A DNA stretch of 64,000 nt. It comes from a virus. The DNA lies in the IMG/VR virus record IMGVR_UViG_3300046703_000100, positions 1-64,000 of that record; one strand, given 5' to 3'. Shown here one piece after another: positions 10,001-20,075 of this stretch (position 1 is the stretch's first letter; every line of letters begins with the position of its first letter). The notes under the pieces were generated by a model. That model did no database searches and was not told the DNA's origin. It was given only the letters and a program-made list of their open reading frames with translations. The translations under genes and the position numbers were made by a program.

Positions 10001-10254
10001 TGCCATATATCAAAGCCGATTTGAGAATAAAATACGATAAAATTATTAATCAATTACCAGATATTGATAATAAAGGAGACCTTGAGTATATAGTAACTAA
10101 AATAATGAAAAGATTTATGAGCACAAGGGAAAGACGTTATTCAACTCTGCATGAAGTAGTTTATGCTATTATGCATTGTGCAGATGAATATAGACGAAGA
10201 CATTTAGATAAAAGAGAAGATGAAGCTATCATTGAGAATGGAGATGTGTTATGA
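10000..10254 (+). CDS. Conserved phage protein (MPYIK... family, DUF6899-like)
   Basis: MPYIK, GDLEY, EYRRR...ED.AI..NGDV pattern recalled from phage nucleotide-metabolism loci. Confidence 0.55.
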   Translation: MPYIKADLRIKYDKIINQLPDIDNKGDLEYIVTKIMKRFMSTRERRYSTLHEVVYAIMHCADEYRRRHLDKREDEAIIENGDVL

Positions 10255-10636
10255 CCAGAAAAGAAGCCTTAATGACATTTTTAAAGAATTTAGATACCGA
10301 TTGTTTTAATTTTTCTCCAAAATCAGAAACAGTTTCTTTAGATGGATATTATACAAAAGAACAATTACAAATTATAATAGAATTATTAGAAGAATTTAAA
10401 AATGAATAGACAAAAAATACTTGATAAAATAGCTTATCGAATATACGAAATAAGAACTAAAGATATTAACAGTCCTTTATTTGGTTATGGAGATGAAGAA
10501 AGAGATTATTATTTAGCAGATAGAATATTACATTTTATTGAAAATTTAGAAGAATATAATTTAGATGACCCAATGATAAGAACTCAATATGAAGATTATA
10601 TAGATTTATACGGAGATATTTTGCAGGAGATAAAAG

Positions 10637-11275
10637 ATGAATAAAAGATATAAATATACATGTTATAGTGCTGGAGCAATAGAACATGTATCGTCAAAAG
10701 AGATGAAGACATGGAGACAAGAAGTTACAGAGAAATTATTATCTCCAGACCTTCTTATGTATGACCCTGTTGTGCAAGAATCTTTTAAAGTAGGTAAACC
10801 TTCTGGCGAGCAAGTTGAATATATAAAAGGTTTAAAACAAGGGGGTCATTGGAAGAAATTTGAAGAAGAAATGCAAAAAATCTGGTGGGGGTCTATAACA
10901 CCACAAGCAGATTTAATTGATTTATTTAAAGAATTACAGACAAGAGCTTCAATAGATGGCAATTCTGCCGAAGAAATGGTTAGTTGGGGAGATTATGAAG
11001 CGGTAGCAAGAGCAAATTTTATTGTTGTATATCTTCCTAAAGATACGAAAACAGTTGGAACAATTTATGAAGTTATGTTGGCTTTTCTTTTAAGAATTCC
11101 AATTTATTTAATTTTACCAGACCATTCAAAAACAGAATGTAATTCTTCATTATTATATGGGGTTATTATTTCTGGAGGAGAAGTTTATTATTCAGTTTCT
11201 GAAGCATGTAAAGCAATTAGAGCAAAATATAATTTAACAGAAATTATTAAAGAAGAAGAAAAAAAGAAGGAGTAA
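10637..11275 (+). CDS. Nucleoside 2-deoxyribosyltransferase / nucleotide N-glycosidase-like protein
   Basis: YSAGAI...WRQ...YDP...DYEAV...GTIYEV. Confidence 0.7.
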   Translation: MNKRYKYTCYSAGAIEHVSSKEMKTWRQEVTEKLLSPDLLMYDPVVQESFKVGKPSGEQVEYIKGLKQGGHWKKFEEEMQKIWWGSITPQADLIDLFKELQTRASIDGNSAEEMVSWGDYEAVARANFIVVYLPKDTKTVGTIYEVMLAFLLRIPIYLILPDHSKTECNSSLLYGVIISGGEVYYSVSEACKAIRAKYNLTEIIKEEEKKKE

Positions 11276-11278
11276 AAC

Positions 11279-11617
11279 GTGAATCTAACCACGTGTGATT
11301 TGTGCAAAGAAATTTTGCCAGAAGGTGATAAAAAATTTGTATTTGCGTTATATCCGATGAACGAAGAAGATGAAGACACAAAAAAGATGAGATTTGCAGA
11401 AATATTAGACGCTCTATATAAAGGCAAAAGATATGAAGATAATTCTATTAAAGTAACTGAAATATGTAATCAATGTGCAGGAGTATTTGCTCACTTTATG
11501 AATCTTCGGAAAAAAGAATTGATAAAGTCAAGAAGAGAAGTAAAAAGAATGTTATCGAGAAAAGTAAGAACAGAAAAAAAGAAAGAAACTAAAAAAGATA
11601 ATAGAGGGAATAAATAA
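11279..11617 (+). CDS. Hypothetical Zn-binding protein
   Basis: SD AAGGAG, GTG start; CDLC...CNQC. Confidence 0.55.
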   Translation: MNLTTCDLCKEILPEGDKKFVFALYPMNEEDEDTKKMRFAEILDALYKGKRYEDNSIKVTEICNQCAGVFAHFMNLRKKELIKSRREVKRMLSRKVRTEKKKETKKDNRGNK

Positions 11618-12000
11618 TGGCAGAATTTAATGAAGTAAAGGACAGTGGAAAAAGAGAAGATTTTAATACCGGAAGTAAGAGAGATACTCGTCAAGGTAAA
11701 GGAAGATTTGATTTAATCAGTCCTATCGCAGAAGAAAGATTAGCCAAGCATTATGAAAATGGAGCAGTAAAATATGGAGATAGGAATTGGGAAAAAGGAC
11801 AACCATTAACTCGTTATTTAGATTCTGCTAAAAGACATATAAATAAATTAATACAAGGTTATAAAGACGAAGACCATGCAACTGCTGTAGTTTGGAATTT
11901 AATGGCTTATATTCATACAGAAGAAATGATAGAAAGAGGTTTGCTTCCGAAAGAGTTAAATGATATGCCAAATTACAAAAAAGACAAAAAAGAGGAATAA
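11617..12000 (+). CDS. dATP/dGTP diphosphohydrolase domain protein (DUF5664-like)
   Basis: GKGRFDLI, GAVKYGDRNWEKG, SAKRH, EDHA...WN. Confidence 0.85.
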   Translation: MAEFNEVKDSGKREDFNTGSKRDTRQGKGRFDLISPIAEERLAKHYENGAVKYGDRNWEKGQPLTRYLDSAKRHINKLIQGYKDEDHATAVVWNLMAYIHTEEMIERGLLPKELNDMPNYKKDKKEE

Positions 12001-12446
12001 TTTATGTCAAAAGAAAGAGAAATAAAAGGGTATTGTTTATATTGCAAAAGTGCTATTTATTATGGAGATGCTTATACTGTGGATAAAAATAATAAAATAT
12101 ATCATCCTTCGTGCTATGAACAGTTAAATACATATTCTGATGAATTTGGTACTTATAACACAGACCAGTTTGGAGATTCTATAGATGAATAAAAGAATAA
12201 ATTATTTAAAATCTCTACAAAAAACTTTAGAACTATTTACAGATGGTTCAAGAGTTTTAGATGAATCAATTGATAGATGTTCTGAAATAGGATTTCGTGC
12301 TAAATTAAATGAATATCTTTTACAATATGCCCAATTAAATTTTGATTTTAGTTCTTACATTATTTTTAAATTGAGCGAAGCATATTCAAAAGATAAAGAA
12401 GAACAAGAATTTAATGATTTAATTAAAGGATTAGAAGAGGATATAG

Positions 12447-14336
12447 ATGGAAACAAATAAAGGTAAAATTATTATGGTGGATTTTGGGTGTTTAATGTTT
12501 AGTGCAATTTTTGCACATAAATTTACGCCCCAAATACCTGTTACATATACGACCACAAATATGATTTTAGCTAATCTTTTAAAAGTAGGTGTTCAATCAG
12601 AAGATATTATTATGATAGCTTGCGATGAAGGACATTCATGGAGAAAAGATTATGACCCTTGTTTAGACGAACAGACAGAAGTATTGACAAAATTAGGATG
12701 GAAATATTTAAAAGATATAGTGGAAAAGAAAGAAAAAGTAAAAATAGCTACTTTAAATCCAAAAACGAATAAAGTAGAATATCAATATCCTAATAATTAT
12801 TATAAACGGTTTTATAGAGGAGAAATGTTTAAATTCGGAGGACGTGGTTGTCAAATAGACCTTTTAATGACTCCAGAACATTCTCATTATACAAAGAATA
12901 CTACAGATGAAAAATTTACATTACAATTAGCAAAAGATATAAGAAGATATAAAATTAATCATAATAAACAATTTAATTATAATAAAAAAGGATTAAAATA
13001 TATTATTATTCCCAAACTAACAACCAAGTCTATTACAACAAGAGGAAGAGCAGAATATACATATATTGTTAAACATCCAAAACGAAAAATAGAAATTAAT
13101 TTATGGCTAAAGTTTTTGGGTTGGTATTTAACAGAAGGTTCTTGTGGAGGAAGACGATATTGTGGATATATAAAACCTTATAGCGTAGTTATTCCTCAAT
13201 CTTTTACTCATAATCCTGCAAACTGCAAAGAAATTGAAGACATTTTAAAAGAATTAAACGAAACTTTTTGTATAACTAAACGAAAAAATATTAATTCTTA
13301 TAGTATTTCAAATACTCAATTAGCGAACTATTTAAAAAACACATTTGGAAATTCTTTTCATAAATTTATTCCTCGTATATTATTAAACAAATTAAATAAA
13401 AAACAGTGTCAATTATTGTTAAAAACAATGATTAAAGGTGATGGAACGGTTCGAATAGGGAAAAAAACCGTTAGTTATGCATATACTACTGTATCAAAAC
13501 AGTTAGCGAATGATGTTCAGGAATTAGCATTAAAAGCAGGATATACTGCTACCATTACAATGCCAAATCAAGACAGAACTTGGTACGGAGTTAGTATTTT
13601 AGACAAATATATAACAGAAAGTTACAAAAATATAATCAAAAACTGGCAGGGGGATGTGTACGATATAGAAATTCCTAATCATATATTTTATATTAGACGC
13701 AACGGCAAATGTTGTTGGACAGGAAATTGTTATAAAGCAGACAGGAAAGAAAAAAGAGAATCACATACAGATATTAATTGGAAATTAACTTTTGAAATGA
13801 TGAACGATTTATTGGTAAAATTAGATATATCTACCAATTGGCATATAATTCAAATTGAAAGTATGGAAGCGGATGATATACAAGCAGTTGCCACAAGATA
13901 TTATAAAGATAATGAAGTAGTTTTAATCACATTTGACGCAGATATGGAGCAATTACTTGACAATAAAAATGTAAAAATATTTTCTCCAAAATCAAAGAAA
14001 TATAAATTTAATACTAATCCTCTTGCAATGTTAGCGAAGAAATTAAATAAAGAAGCAGTAGATGGGTTAACGAATCCGATTTTGAATGAAGAAGATTTTG
14101 ACAGAAGAAATTTAATCGTAAATTTAAGAGAATTGCCAGAATTTGTAGAAACACCTATTATAAATAAATTTAAAAATTTAGAAGTAAAAACACCTGATAT
14201 AGATGAGTTTCCTTTCTTTAGTTTAAAAGAAAAATATTTAAATCTTTGTAATAATAAGACAAAAATAGTTACAATAGAAAAATGTGAAAAAGAAATAGAA
14301 CGAAAGAAGAAAAGGAAGAAAGTAAAAAAATCATGA
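12447..14336 (+). CDS. 5'-3' (flap) exonuclease / T4 RNase H-like protein, interrupted by an intein
   Basis: IMVDFG, ACD, SWRK, [intein], YKADR, MEADD, ITFDADMEQL. Confidence 0.85.
   Translation: METNKGKIIMVDFGCLMFSAIFAHKFTPQIPVTYTTTNMILANLLKVGVQSEDIIMIACDEGHSWRKDYDPCLDEQTEVLTKLGWKYLKDIVEKKEKVKIATLNPKTNKVEYQYPNNYYKRFYRGEMFKFGGRGCQIDLLMTPEHSHYTKNTTDEKFTLQLAKDIRRYKINHNKQFNYNKKGLKYIIIPKLTTKSITTRGRAEYTYIVKHPKRKIEINLWLKFLGWYLTEGSCGGRRYCGYIKPYSVVIPQSFTHNPANCKEIEDILKELNETFCITKRKNINSYSISNTQLANYLKNTFGNSFHKFIPRILLNKLNKKQCQLLLKTMIKGDGTVRIGKKTVSYAYTTVSKQLANDVQELALKAGYTATITMPNQDRTWYGVSILDKYITESYKNIIKNWQGDVYDIEIPNHIFYIRRNGKCCWTGNCYKADRKEKRESHTDINWKLTFEMMNDLLVKLDISTNWHIIQIESMEADDIQAVATRYYKDNEVVLITFDADMEQLLDNKNVKIFSPKSKKYKFNTNPLAMLAKKLNKEAVDGLTNPILNEEDFDRRNLIVNLRELPEFVETPIINKFKNLEVKTPDIDEFPFFSLKEKYLNLCNNKTKIVTIEKCEKEIERKKKRKKVKKS
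12660..13727 (+). mobile_element. Intein with LAGLIDADG homing endonuclease (356 aa)
   Basis: Starts CLDEQTEVLT, block B TPEH, FLGWYLTEG and MIKGDG, ends VYDIEIPNH...WTGN followed by Cys +1. Confidence 0.9.
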
Positions 14337-14695
14337 AATGGGATATAATAAAAAAAGAATGGGAATACAAAGAACCGAAATTTTGGTCTAAATGTACATT
14401 TTTTCATCATCATAAAAACGGTCTTTATTTTCCTGACGAATTAAACTGTATATGCGAACAATGTCACATCTGGTGGGCAAAATGGACACATAACAGACAT
14501 GACGAATCAATGCCTCCGATGTTTGATAATAGACAAAAATCACCAGAAAATCCAACAGGGATAAATTATCCTTTCTATTATGTCGAAGGTGAAGCAGGAA
14601 TAAAACCAAATCCAGAATATACTTATGGAGAATATCGTAAATGGCTCAATGGTCAAGGAGTAGCATTAAAAAGAGAACGGTATCCTGATGAATAA
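14333..14695 (+). CDS. Hypothetical protein (HHH, CxCxxC)
   Basis: ATGA-coupled to the previous gene. Confidence 0.55.
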   Translation: MKWDIIKKEWEYKEPKFWSKCTFFHHHKNGLYFPDELNCICEQCHIWWAKWTHNRHDESMPPMFDNRQKSPENPTGINYPFYYVEGEAGIKPNPEYTYGEYRKWLNGQGVALKRERYPDE

Positions 14696-15023
14696 AATAA
14701 TCACTAAAATTATAATTGCTTTTGCATTAAGTATTTATTTTATGATGTTTTGTTTGTTTATTTATGCAGGAATAGATACATTGGGCGGGTTTGGATGGAT
14801 AACATTAGTACAATAAAAAGGAGAAAAGTATGAAAATTAGCAAAGGTCAGACAGCTTTAATAGTTATGAGTATTGCAGGAGTATTAGGTGCATTAGTATT
14901 AATTAATGCTATAAGATTACATCCTGTTATAGCGATATTAATTGGGCTTTCAGTTATTGGTGTTGGAATTGGTTATTATATGTATCGTCGAAATAAAGAC
15001 AAATAAAAAAGGAGGAACAAATC

Positions 15024-15548
15024 GTGAAGTACTTGGTAGCTTATAAGAGTGATAAAGGAAAGTATTTAGTAAAATTGGAATTTGAAGTAGGAAAAGAAAA
15101 ATGGGCATCTACTTCAGAAGCCGTAGTAAATTATGCAAAAGCTAATTTTAAGGCGAATGAAGATGTAGATGTAGATTATACAGAGAAAAATGGCTCATAT
15201 ACCGTTTCAAGAATTACAAAGAAAGGGTCGACCCCTGCTCCAGTTGAAACAAAGACTGAAACTCCGAAAACAGAAGGATATAAATGTGAAGATTGTGGAG
15301 CTTCATTAAAAGATGGAAAATATAAAAAATGTTTTCCTTGTAATAAAAAGAATCCAACTCCGAAGAAAGAATATTCTGGTGGTGGACAGAGAGATGCAGT
15401 TGGTCAGTCAATCGAAAAACAGGCAATGATGAAAGCTTCTGCACAAGCAGTTGCTACAGTTATGCAAGGACAAGTCGGAGATGTAGATACTTTGTCAGAT
15501 ATGATTATAAAAGTTTATGAAAAACTATTAAAAAAACTTATAGAATAA
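15024..15548 (+). CDS. Putative ssDNA-binding protein (OB-like domain plus Zn ribbon)
   Basis: Strong SD AGGAGG; beta-rich N-domain, flexible linker, CEDC...CFPC; follows exonuclease. Function is inferred. Confidence 0.4.
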   Translation: MKYLVAYKSDKGKYLVKLEFEVGKEKWASTSEAVVNYAKANFKANEDVDVDYTEKNGSYTVSRITKKGSTPAPVETKTETPKTEGYKCEDCGASLKDGKYKKCFPCNKKNPTPKKEYSGGGQRDAVGQSIEKQAMMKASAQAVATVMQGQVGDVDTLSDMIIKVYEKLLKKLIE

Positions 15549-15566
15549 GATATTAGAAAGGATATT

Positions 15567-16307
15567 ATGATTAAAAAAGTTTTACATATTATTAGTATAA
15601 TTGTGAAGTCTTTTATTAAGGGAAGTGTAGTTGCTTTGTTGATTTTAAATATGGTATTAATTATTAATGTAGCACAGTTAATGAATGACCTAGAAGCTAA
15701 AACAGATACAATGGTATCAGCAATACAAGAAAATAAAGTACCTACATTGCCAAATTTTGAAAATTTAGTCAGAGCAAATGTAGTTATTTACAATATATCA
15801 AAAGGTTGTATGGGAGCAGGTACAATAATTAATGTAAATGGAAAAATTTATATTCTTTCCGCAGGACATTTAGATGACCCTGACGATACATTTTTTGTTA
15901 AAGAAGGAGAAGAATATCGAGGTATCACATTAGTTAAAGTTAATCATAAAGTAGATTTAGCATTATTTGAATATGATTGTACTTATTGTGATTTAACAAT
16001 AGCTCCAATTGCTGTTGGAGAACCAAAAGTAGGAGACAAAGTTTGGGCAATAGGTAATCCTGCTTGTTTAGAAGACGCTATTACATCTGGTACTTTAGTT
16101 AGAAAATTAGGATTTAATTATCTAATGGATGCTAAAATTTATCATGGTAATAGTGGCGGAGGATTATTTAATACAAAAGGCGAATTAATAGGAGTAAATG
16201 TAGCAATGACAGGAATACCAGGTTATATGTTAGGTATGACGGTTAATTTAAGTACAGTAAAAGCTTTTGTTTTAGGTTTAATTCCAAACGAACTTGATAA
16301 AGGATAA
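15567..16307 (+). CDS. Membrane-anchored trypsin-like (S1) serine protease
   Basis: SAGH, DLAL, AIGNP, GNSGGGLFN; N-terminal TM. Confidence 0.9.
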   Translation: MIKKVLHIISIIVKSFIKGSVVALLILNMVLIINVAQLMNDLEAKTDTMVSAIQENKVPTLPNFENLVRANVVIYNISKGCMGAGTIINVNGKIYILSAGHLDDPDDTFFVKEGEEYRGITLVKVNHKVDLALFEYDCTYCDLTIAPIAVGEPKVGDKVWAIGNPACLEDAITSGTLVRKLGFNYLMDAKIYHGNSGGGLFNTKGELIGVNVAMTGIPGYMLGMTVNLSTVKAFVLGLIPNELDKG

Positions 16308-16568
16308 AATGTTTGAAAAATTCTATAATTGGCTACTTTATTTAACCAACAATGAAAAAAAATCCGTAGAACTTTGGCGAGCAGATGAAATTCATTTTGA
16401 TATAGGATTTTTGATTTCAGGTTTTGTCTTATTAATGCTTGGAGTCATAGGTGTAATATTGTATGTTATTACAAAACAAGATGTATATTTAGGCATTATG
16501 TTTGGTTGCGAATTTATTATATGTTTCATCTGGCTCTGGGATAATATTCGTCATAATCGGGAGGATTA

Positions 16569-17144
16569 ATGATAGATTTTGAAGGGATGCCTAAAATTGC
16601 AAGACTATCGAGAGAAATAATAATCTCGGAAAAACTGGATGGGTCTAATGCATTAGTTTATATTTCAGATGATTTGTCTACTATTACTTTACAATCTGGC
16701 AGAGAAGTTCCTTTTTTAGTTGGAAGTAGAACTCGCTGGATATTGCCAGAGAACGATAATCATGGTTTTGCTCGATGGGCTTATGAGCATACTGACGAAC
16801 TTTTAAAATTAGGTAAAGGTTGGCATCGAGGCGAATGGATGGGGCAAGGAATAAATAGAAATTATGGACTTAAAGAAAAAAGATTTTATTTATTTAATAC
16901 TTCAAAATGGACAGATGATACAATAAGACCAAAATGTTGTCATGTTGTTCCTGTTCTTTATCAAGGTATTTTTAATGAAGACGAAATAAATAATTGTATT
17001 GATAGATTATTTTTAGATGGAAGTATTGCAGTACCTACATTTATGAAACCAGAAGGAATAGTTATCTATCATACTGCTGGAAAAATATACTTTAAGAAAA
17101 CAATAGAAAATGATGAAAAACCTAAAGGTCAAGTAGATGAATAA
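16569..17144 (+). CDS. RNA ligase-family nucleotidyltransferase (compact Rnl2-like)
   Basis: EKLDGSN, GSR, GEW, YLF, VVPVL, EGIV, FKK. Confidence 0.8.
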   Translation: MIDFEGMPKIARLSREIIISEKLDGSNALVYISDDLSTITLQSGREVPFLVGSRTRWILPENDNHGFARWAYEHTDELLKLGKGWHRGEWMGQGINRNYGLKEKRFYLFNTSKWTDDTIRPKCCHVVPVLYQGIFNEDEINNCIDRLFLDGSIAVPTFMKPEGIVIYHTAGKIYFKKTIENDEKPKGQVDE

Positions 17145-17475
17145 GATAATTAAGAGTATAATACTTATAAGTATCTTAATTTCTATATTTATAGTAGGTT
17201 ACTTTATGCCTTTCTGGAGACAAAAACCTATTCCAAAACCAATACCAATAGAAAATTTAAAACCACTTCCATATGGGTCAACATCTTGTATTAAGGATGG
17301 AATTCTTTTTACAAGTGTTAAAGCAATTCCTATTGCATGTATAACTAAAATAACAAGAATAGATTCAATGAGTGTAATGATAGAGTATAAAATTTCGAAT
17401 ATTCATAGAGGTTCTTTAATGATGAAATATTCGGAGTATAAAAGATTATTCGAGGTAAATGATGCCAAGACTTAA
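17137..17475 (+). CDS. Hypothetical single-TM protein
   Basis: Hydrophobic N-terminus, Pro-rich linker. Confidence 0.55.
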   Translation: MNKIIKSIILISILISIFIVGYFMPFWRQKPIPKPIPIENLKPLPYGSTSCIKDGILFTSVKAIPIACITKITRIDSMSVMIEYKISNIHRGSLMMKYSEYKRLFEVNDAKT

Positions 17476-18127
17476 AACAAAAAGAACATTAGAGAATACA
17501 AGATTTTCAATCGAAATTGAATGTGAATTTCCATCAGCCAAAGATAGTCAAAAATTAATTTCAAAACATAGAATTATTAGAGGTTGGGAATTAGATTATG
17601 ATGGGTCATTGGATAATGGAGCAGAGTATCGTCCGAAAAATCGGAATAAACTTTATTGGAACGAAGATTGTATAGACCAAATAAAGGAAATTATAGGACT
17701 TATTAAGGCACATAGAGGACATATTAAAGGCAGTACATGTGGGTTTCATATACATATAGATATGAGCAAGTTTACCAATAAAGAAATTTGTAATATTATA
17801 AAAGCATATATTAAACAACAAAATAAAATTTGTAAACAATTTGGCATGTTAAAATGTCGTTTAGACTATGCCCAAAAAATACCTACAAACACCATAAAAT
17901 ATTTAACAGAAAGAAATATTCAAAAAATTAAAGAAAATAATGATAATTGCCGAGATATATGTATTTATATGTCAGAAAGACATTTTGCTCTAAATCTTTT
18001 GGCTTTACAGCGACATGGAACACTCGAATGGAGATTATTTAACGGCTCAATACAAATTAATCGTATTAAAGGATATATTAAATTTGTTCTTAATTTCTGT
18101 TTAAATAACGCAAAAGGCGATAAATGA
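17462..18127 (+). CDS. Putative amidoligase (COOH-NH2 ligase family)
   Basis: FSIEIECE, YDGSL..GAEY, CGFHIHI, ALNL, TLEWRLF. Confidence 0.8.
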   Translation: MPRLKTKRTLENTRFSIEIECEFPSAKDSQKLISKHRIIRGWELDYDGSLDNGAEYRPKNRNKLYWNEDCIDQIKEIIGLIKAHRGHIKGSTCGFHIHIDMSKFTNKEICNIIKAYIKQQNKICKQFGMLKCRLDYAQKIPTNTIKYLTERNIQKIKENNDNCRDICIYMSERHFALNLLALQRHGTLEWRLFNGSIQINRIKGYIKFVLNFCLNNAKGDK

Positions 18128-18498
18128 TAGACCCATTATGGACAACTAAACAAATATTTGGTGCATTACTTATCTTTACTTCTATCTTTGATGCAGTAAA
18201 ATATAGTGTACAAGCCTTAAAAATACATAGACTACATTCAGCGAAAGGAATGTCAAGAAGATTTACGAATTGGGCTATTTCAAATGATATTGTAAAACTA
18301 ATTTACGGAAGTATTATTATAGATATATATATTGTTTTATCAAGTATCTTAGCATTAATTTGTATGACTCATCTTTGGATAGAAACCTATCTTAATTATC
18401 CATATCGTTATCGTGGATTGGAACATTTTAAAAGACCTAATCCAATTTTATACTTAATAAACAGTGTTATGCCCAATTCTTTGAGAAAAAGGTTATAA
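18124..18498 (+). CDS. PQ-loop/SemiSWEET-like 3-TM protein
   Basis: YSVQALKIHRLHSAKGMS resembles the PQ-loop consensus; three hydrophobic segments. Confidence 0.55.
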   Translation: MIDPLWTTKQIFGALLIFTSIFDAVKYSVQALKIHRLHSAKGMSRRFTNWAISNDIVKLIYGSIIIDIYIVLSSILALICMTHLWIETYLNYPYRYRGLEHFKRPNPILYLINSVMPNSLRKRL

Positions 18499-18499
18499 A

Positions 18500-18739
18500 A
18501 TGCCTAAATATATAATGTATTTATTAATAACATTGTGTTTAATAGGACAAATTTTAGTTACTAAGCATAAAAGAAGTGGATATATGCTCTGGATAATTAG
18601 CGATTTTGCATGGGCTGGTTTTAACTTTTCCCAATGGCAAGTTATTGGAGCAATAGAACAAGGAATTTTATGGTCTATTTATTTAATAATTTCTGTTTGG
18701 GGATTTGTAATTTTTAAGAAAGATAAAGATGAAAAATAG
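18500..18739 (+). CDS. PnuC-like half transporter (3 TM)
   Basis: GQILVTK...GYMLWIISD...YLIISVWGF. Confidence 0.55.
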   Translation: MPKYIMYLLITLCLIGQILVTKHKRSGYMLWIISDFAWAGFNFSQWQVIGAIEQGILWSIYLIISVWGFVIFKKDKDEK

Positions 18740-19910
18740 AAATATATTCTATTTATATTTATTAATAGGAAGCGTGTTCGGACTTCAGGCATTAGAAGGA
18801 CTTCCAGGTTCAGCTATTTCATTTTATTTTAAAGAGACTTTACATTTAAATGCAAGTACAATGATGTATATTTCATCAATTATTTCATTAGTATGGTTCG
18901 TAAAATTTTTGTGGGGTTATCTTATTGACAATGTAGTATCAGTTAAATTTTGGATGATTTTATCTATATTAATAAGTTTAGGAACATCTCTTTATTTCGG
19001 GTTGAATCAAATTATTGTTCTTCCTTTATTAATAGGACTTATGTTAATTAATGGATGGGCAGAAGCCTTACGGTCAACAGGTGCAGGTGGATTAACTTGT
19101 AGCGAAGGTAAAAGATATGAAAATACAGGAAAATTACAAAGTATTAGAGAAGGTAGTCAGATTATTATCGGTATATTAACAGGAATTGCCGGAGGATGGA
19201 TTGCACAATACACTTCCTATCATTTTGGGTTCTTGTGTTTGATTCCATTTTATATAATTTTATTAATAATTGTTTGTCTTTATAAACCTGCTAAAAAAGA
19301 GACATTACGTATTAAAATGTCATTTATAGATACAATAAAATCTTATAAAGAAGTTTTTACGAACAAACAATTTTTATGGATATGTTTAATTGTTTTTCTT
19401 TATAATTTTAATCCGAGTTTCGGAACGCCATTGTGGTTCAAAATGCGAGATTCGTTTCATTTTTCGAAGATATTTTTTGGAGTTTTAGATTCTTTAACTG
19501 CAATAACAGCTTTAATAGGAGTAGTATTTTATTATAAATTCAGTAAAAAAATTAATATACAAAGATGGATTAAAAATTCGATTTTCATTGGAGCAATAAC
19601 AAGTATGTGTTATTTATATTTTACCAAATATACTGCAATTATATATCCTCTGATATTTAGTATTGTAGGAGCGTTTATTTCGCTTATATTATTAGATTTT
19701 ATGGCACAATCCTCTATTAAAGGCAAAGAAGCAGTTTCTTTTGCAGTATTGTGTAGTATAATAAATTTAAGCGGTACTTGTTCATTATTATCAGGAGCTT
19801 GGTTATTACCTAAGATTGGATTACAACCTTTAATAATTTTAGCATCAGTTACAAGTTTTTTATGCCTTCCTTTTATTGGACATCTAAAATTGGAGACAAA
19901 AAATGGATAA
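18729..19910 (+). CDS. MFS transporter, folate-biopterin (BT1)-like
   Basis: About 12 TM; FYFKETLHL, W.VKFLWGYLID, GKLQS, FNPSFGTPLWF, GKEAVSFAVLCSIIN. Confidence 0.78.
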   Translation: MKNRNIFYLYLLIGSVFGLQALEGLPGSAISFYFKETLHLNASTMMYISSIISLVWFVKFLWGYLIDNVVSVKFWMILSILISLGTSLYFGLNQIIVLPLLIGLMLINGWAEALRSTGAGGLTCSEGKRYENTGKLQSIREGSQIIIGILTGIAGGWIAQYTSYHFGFLCLIPFYIILLIIVCLYKPAKKETLRIKMSFIDTIKSYKEVFTNKQFLWICLIVFLYNFNPSFGTPLWFKMRDSFHFSKIFFGVLDSLTAITALIGVVFYYKFSKKINIQRWIKNSIFIGAITSMCYLYFTKYTAIIYPLIFSIVGAFISLILLDFMAQSSIKGKEAVSFAVLCSIINLSGTCSLLSGAWLLPKIGLQPLIILASVTSFLCLPFIGHLKLETKNG

Positions 19911-20020
19911 ATGTAACTATTGTGGACGGAGAATACCGAATGAAGAATTTCGTACTCCCAAAGGTTGCAAATGGTGTGATTATGATTATAATGTGGAAAA
20001 AATAATAAAACGTAATAAAC

Positions 20021-20049
20021 TTGCTATCTCTAATCAAATATGGTATACT
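20021..20049 (+). promoter_or_regulatory. Sigma70-type promoter P4
   Basis: TTGCTA, 17 nt, TATACT with extended -10 TG. Confidence 0.75.
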
Positions 20050-20075
20050 TATGACATGGATAAAAAGGAGACCTT

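Noticed and set aside
11617-12000. 2-aminoadenine or 7-deazaguanine genome modification
   Set aside because: No PurZ, DpdA or Que genes in the window; the diphosphohydrolase alone is insufficient
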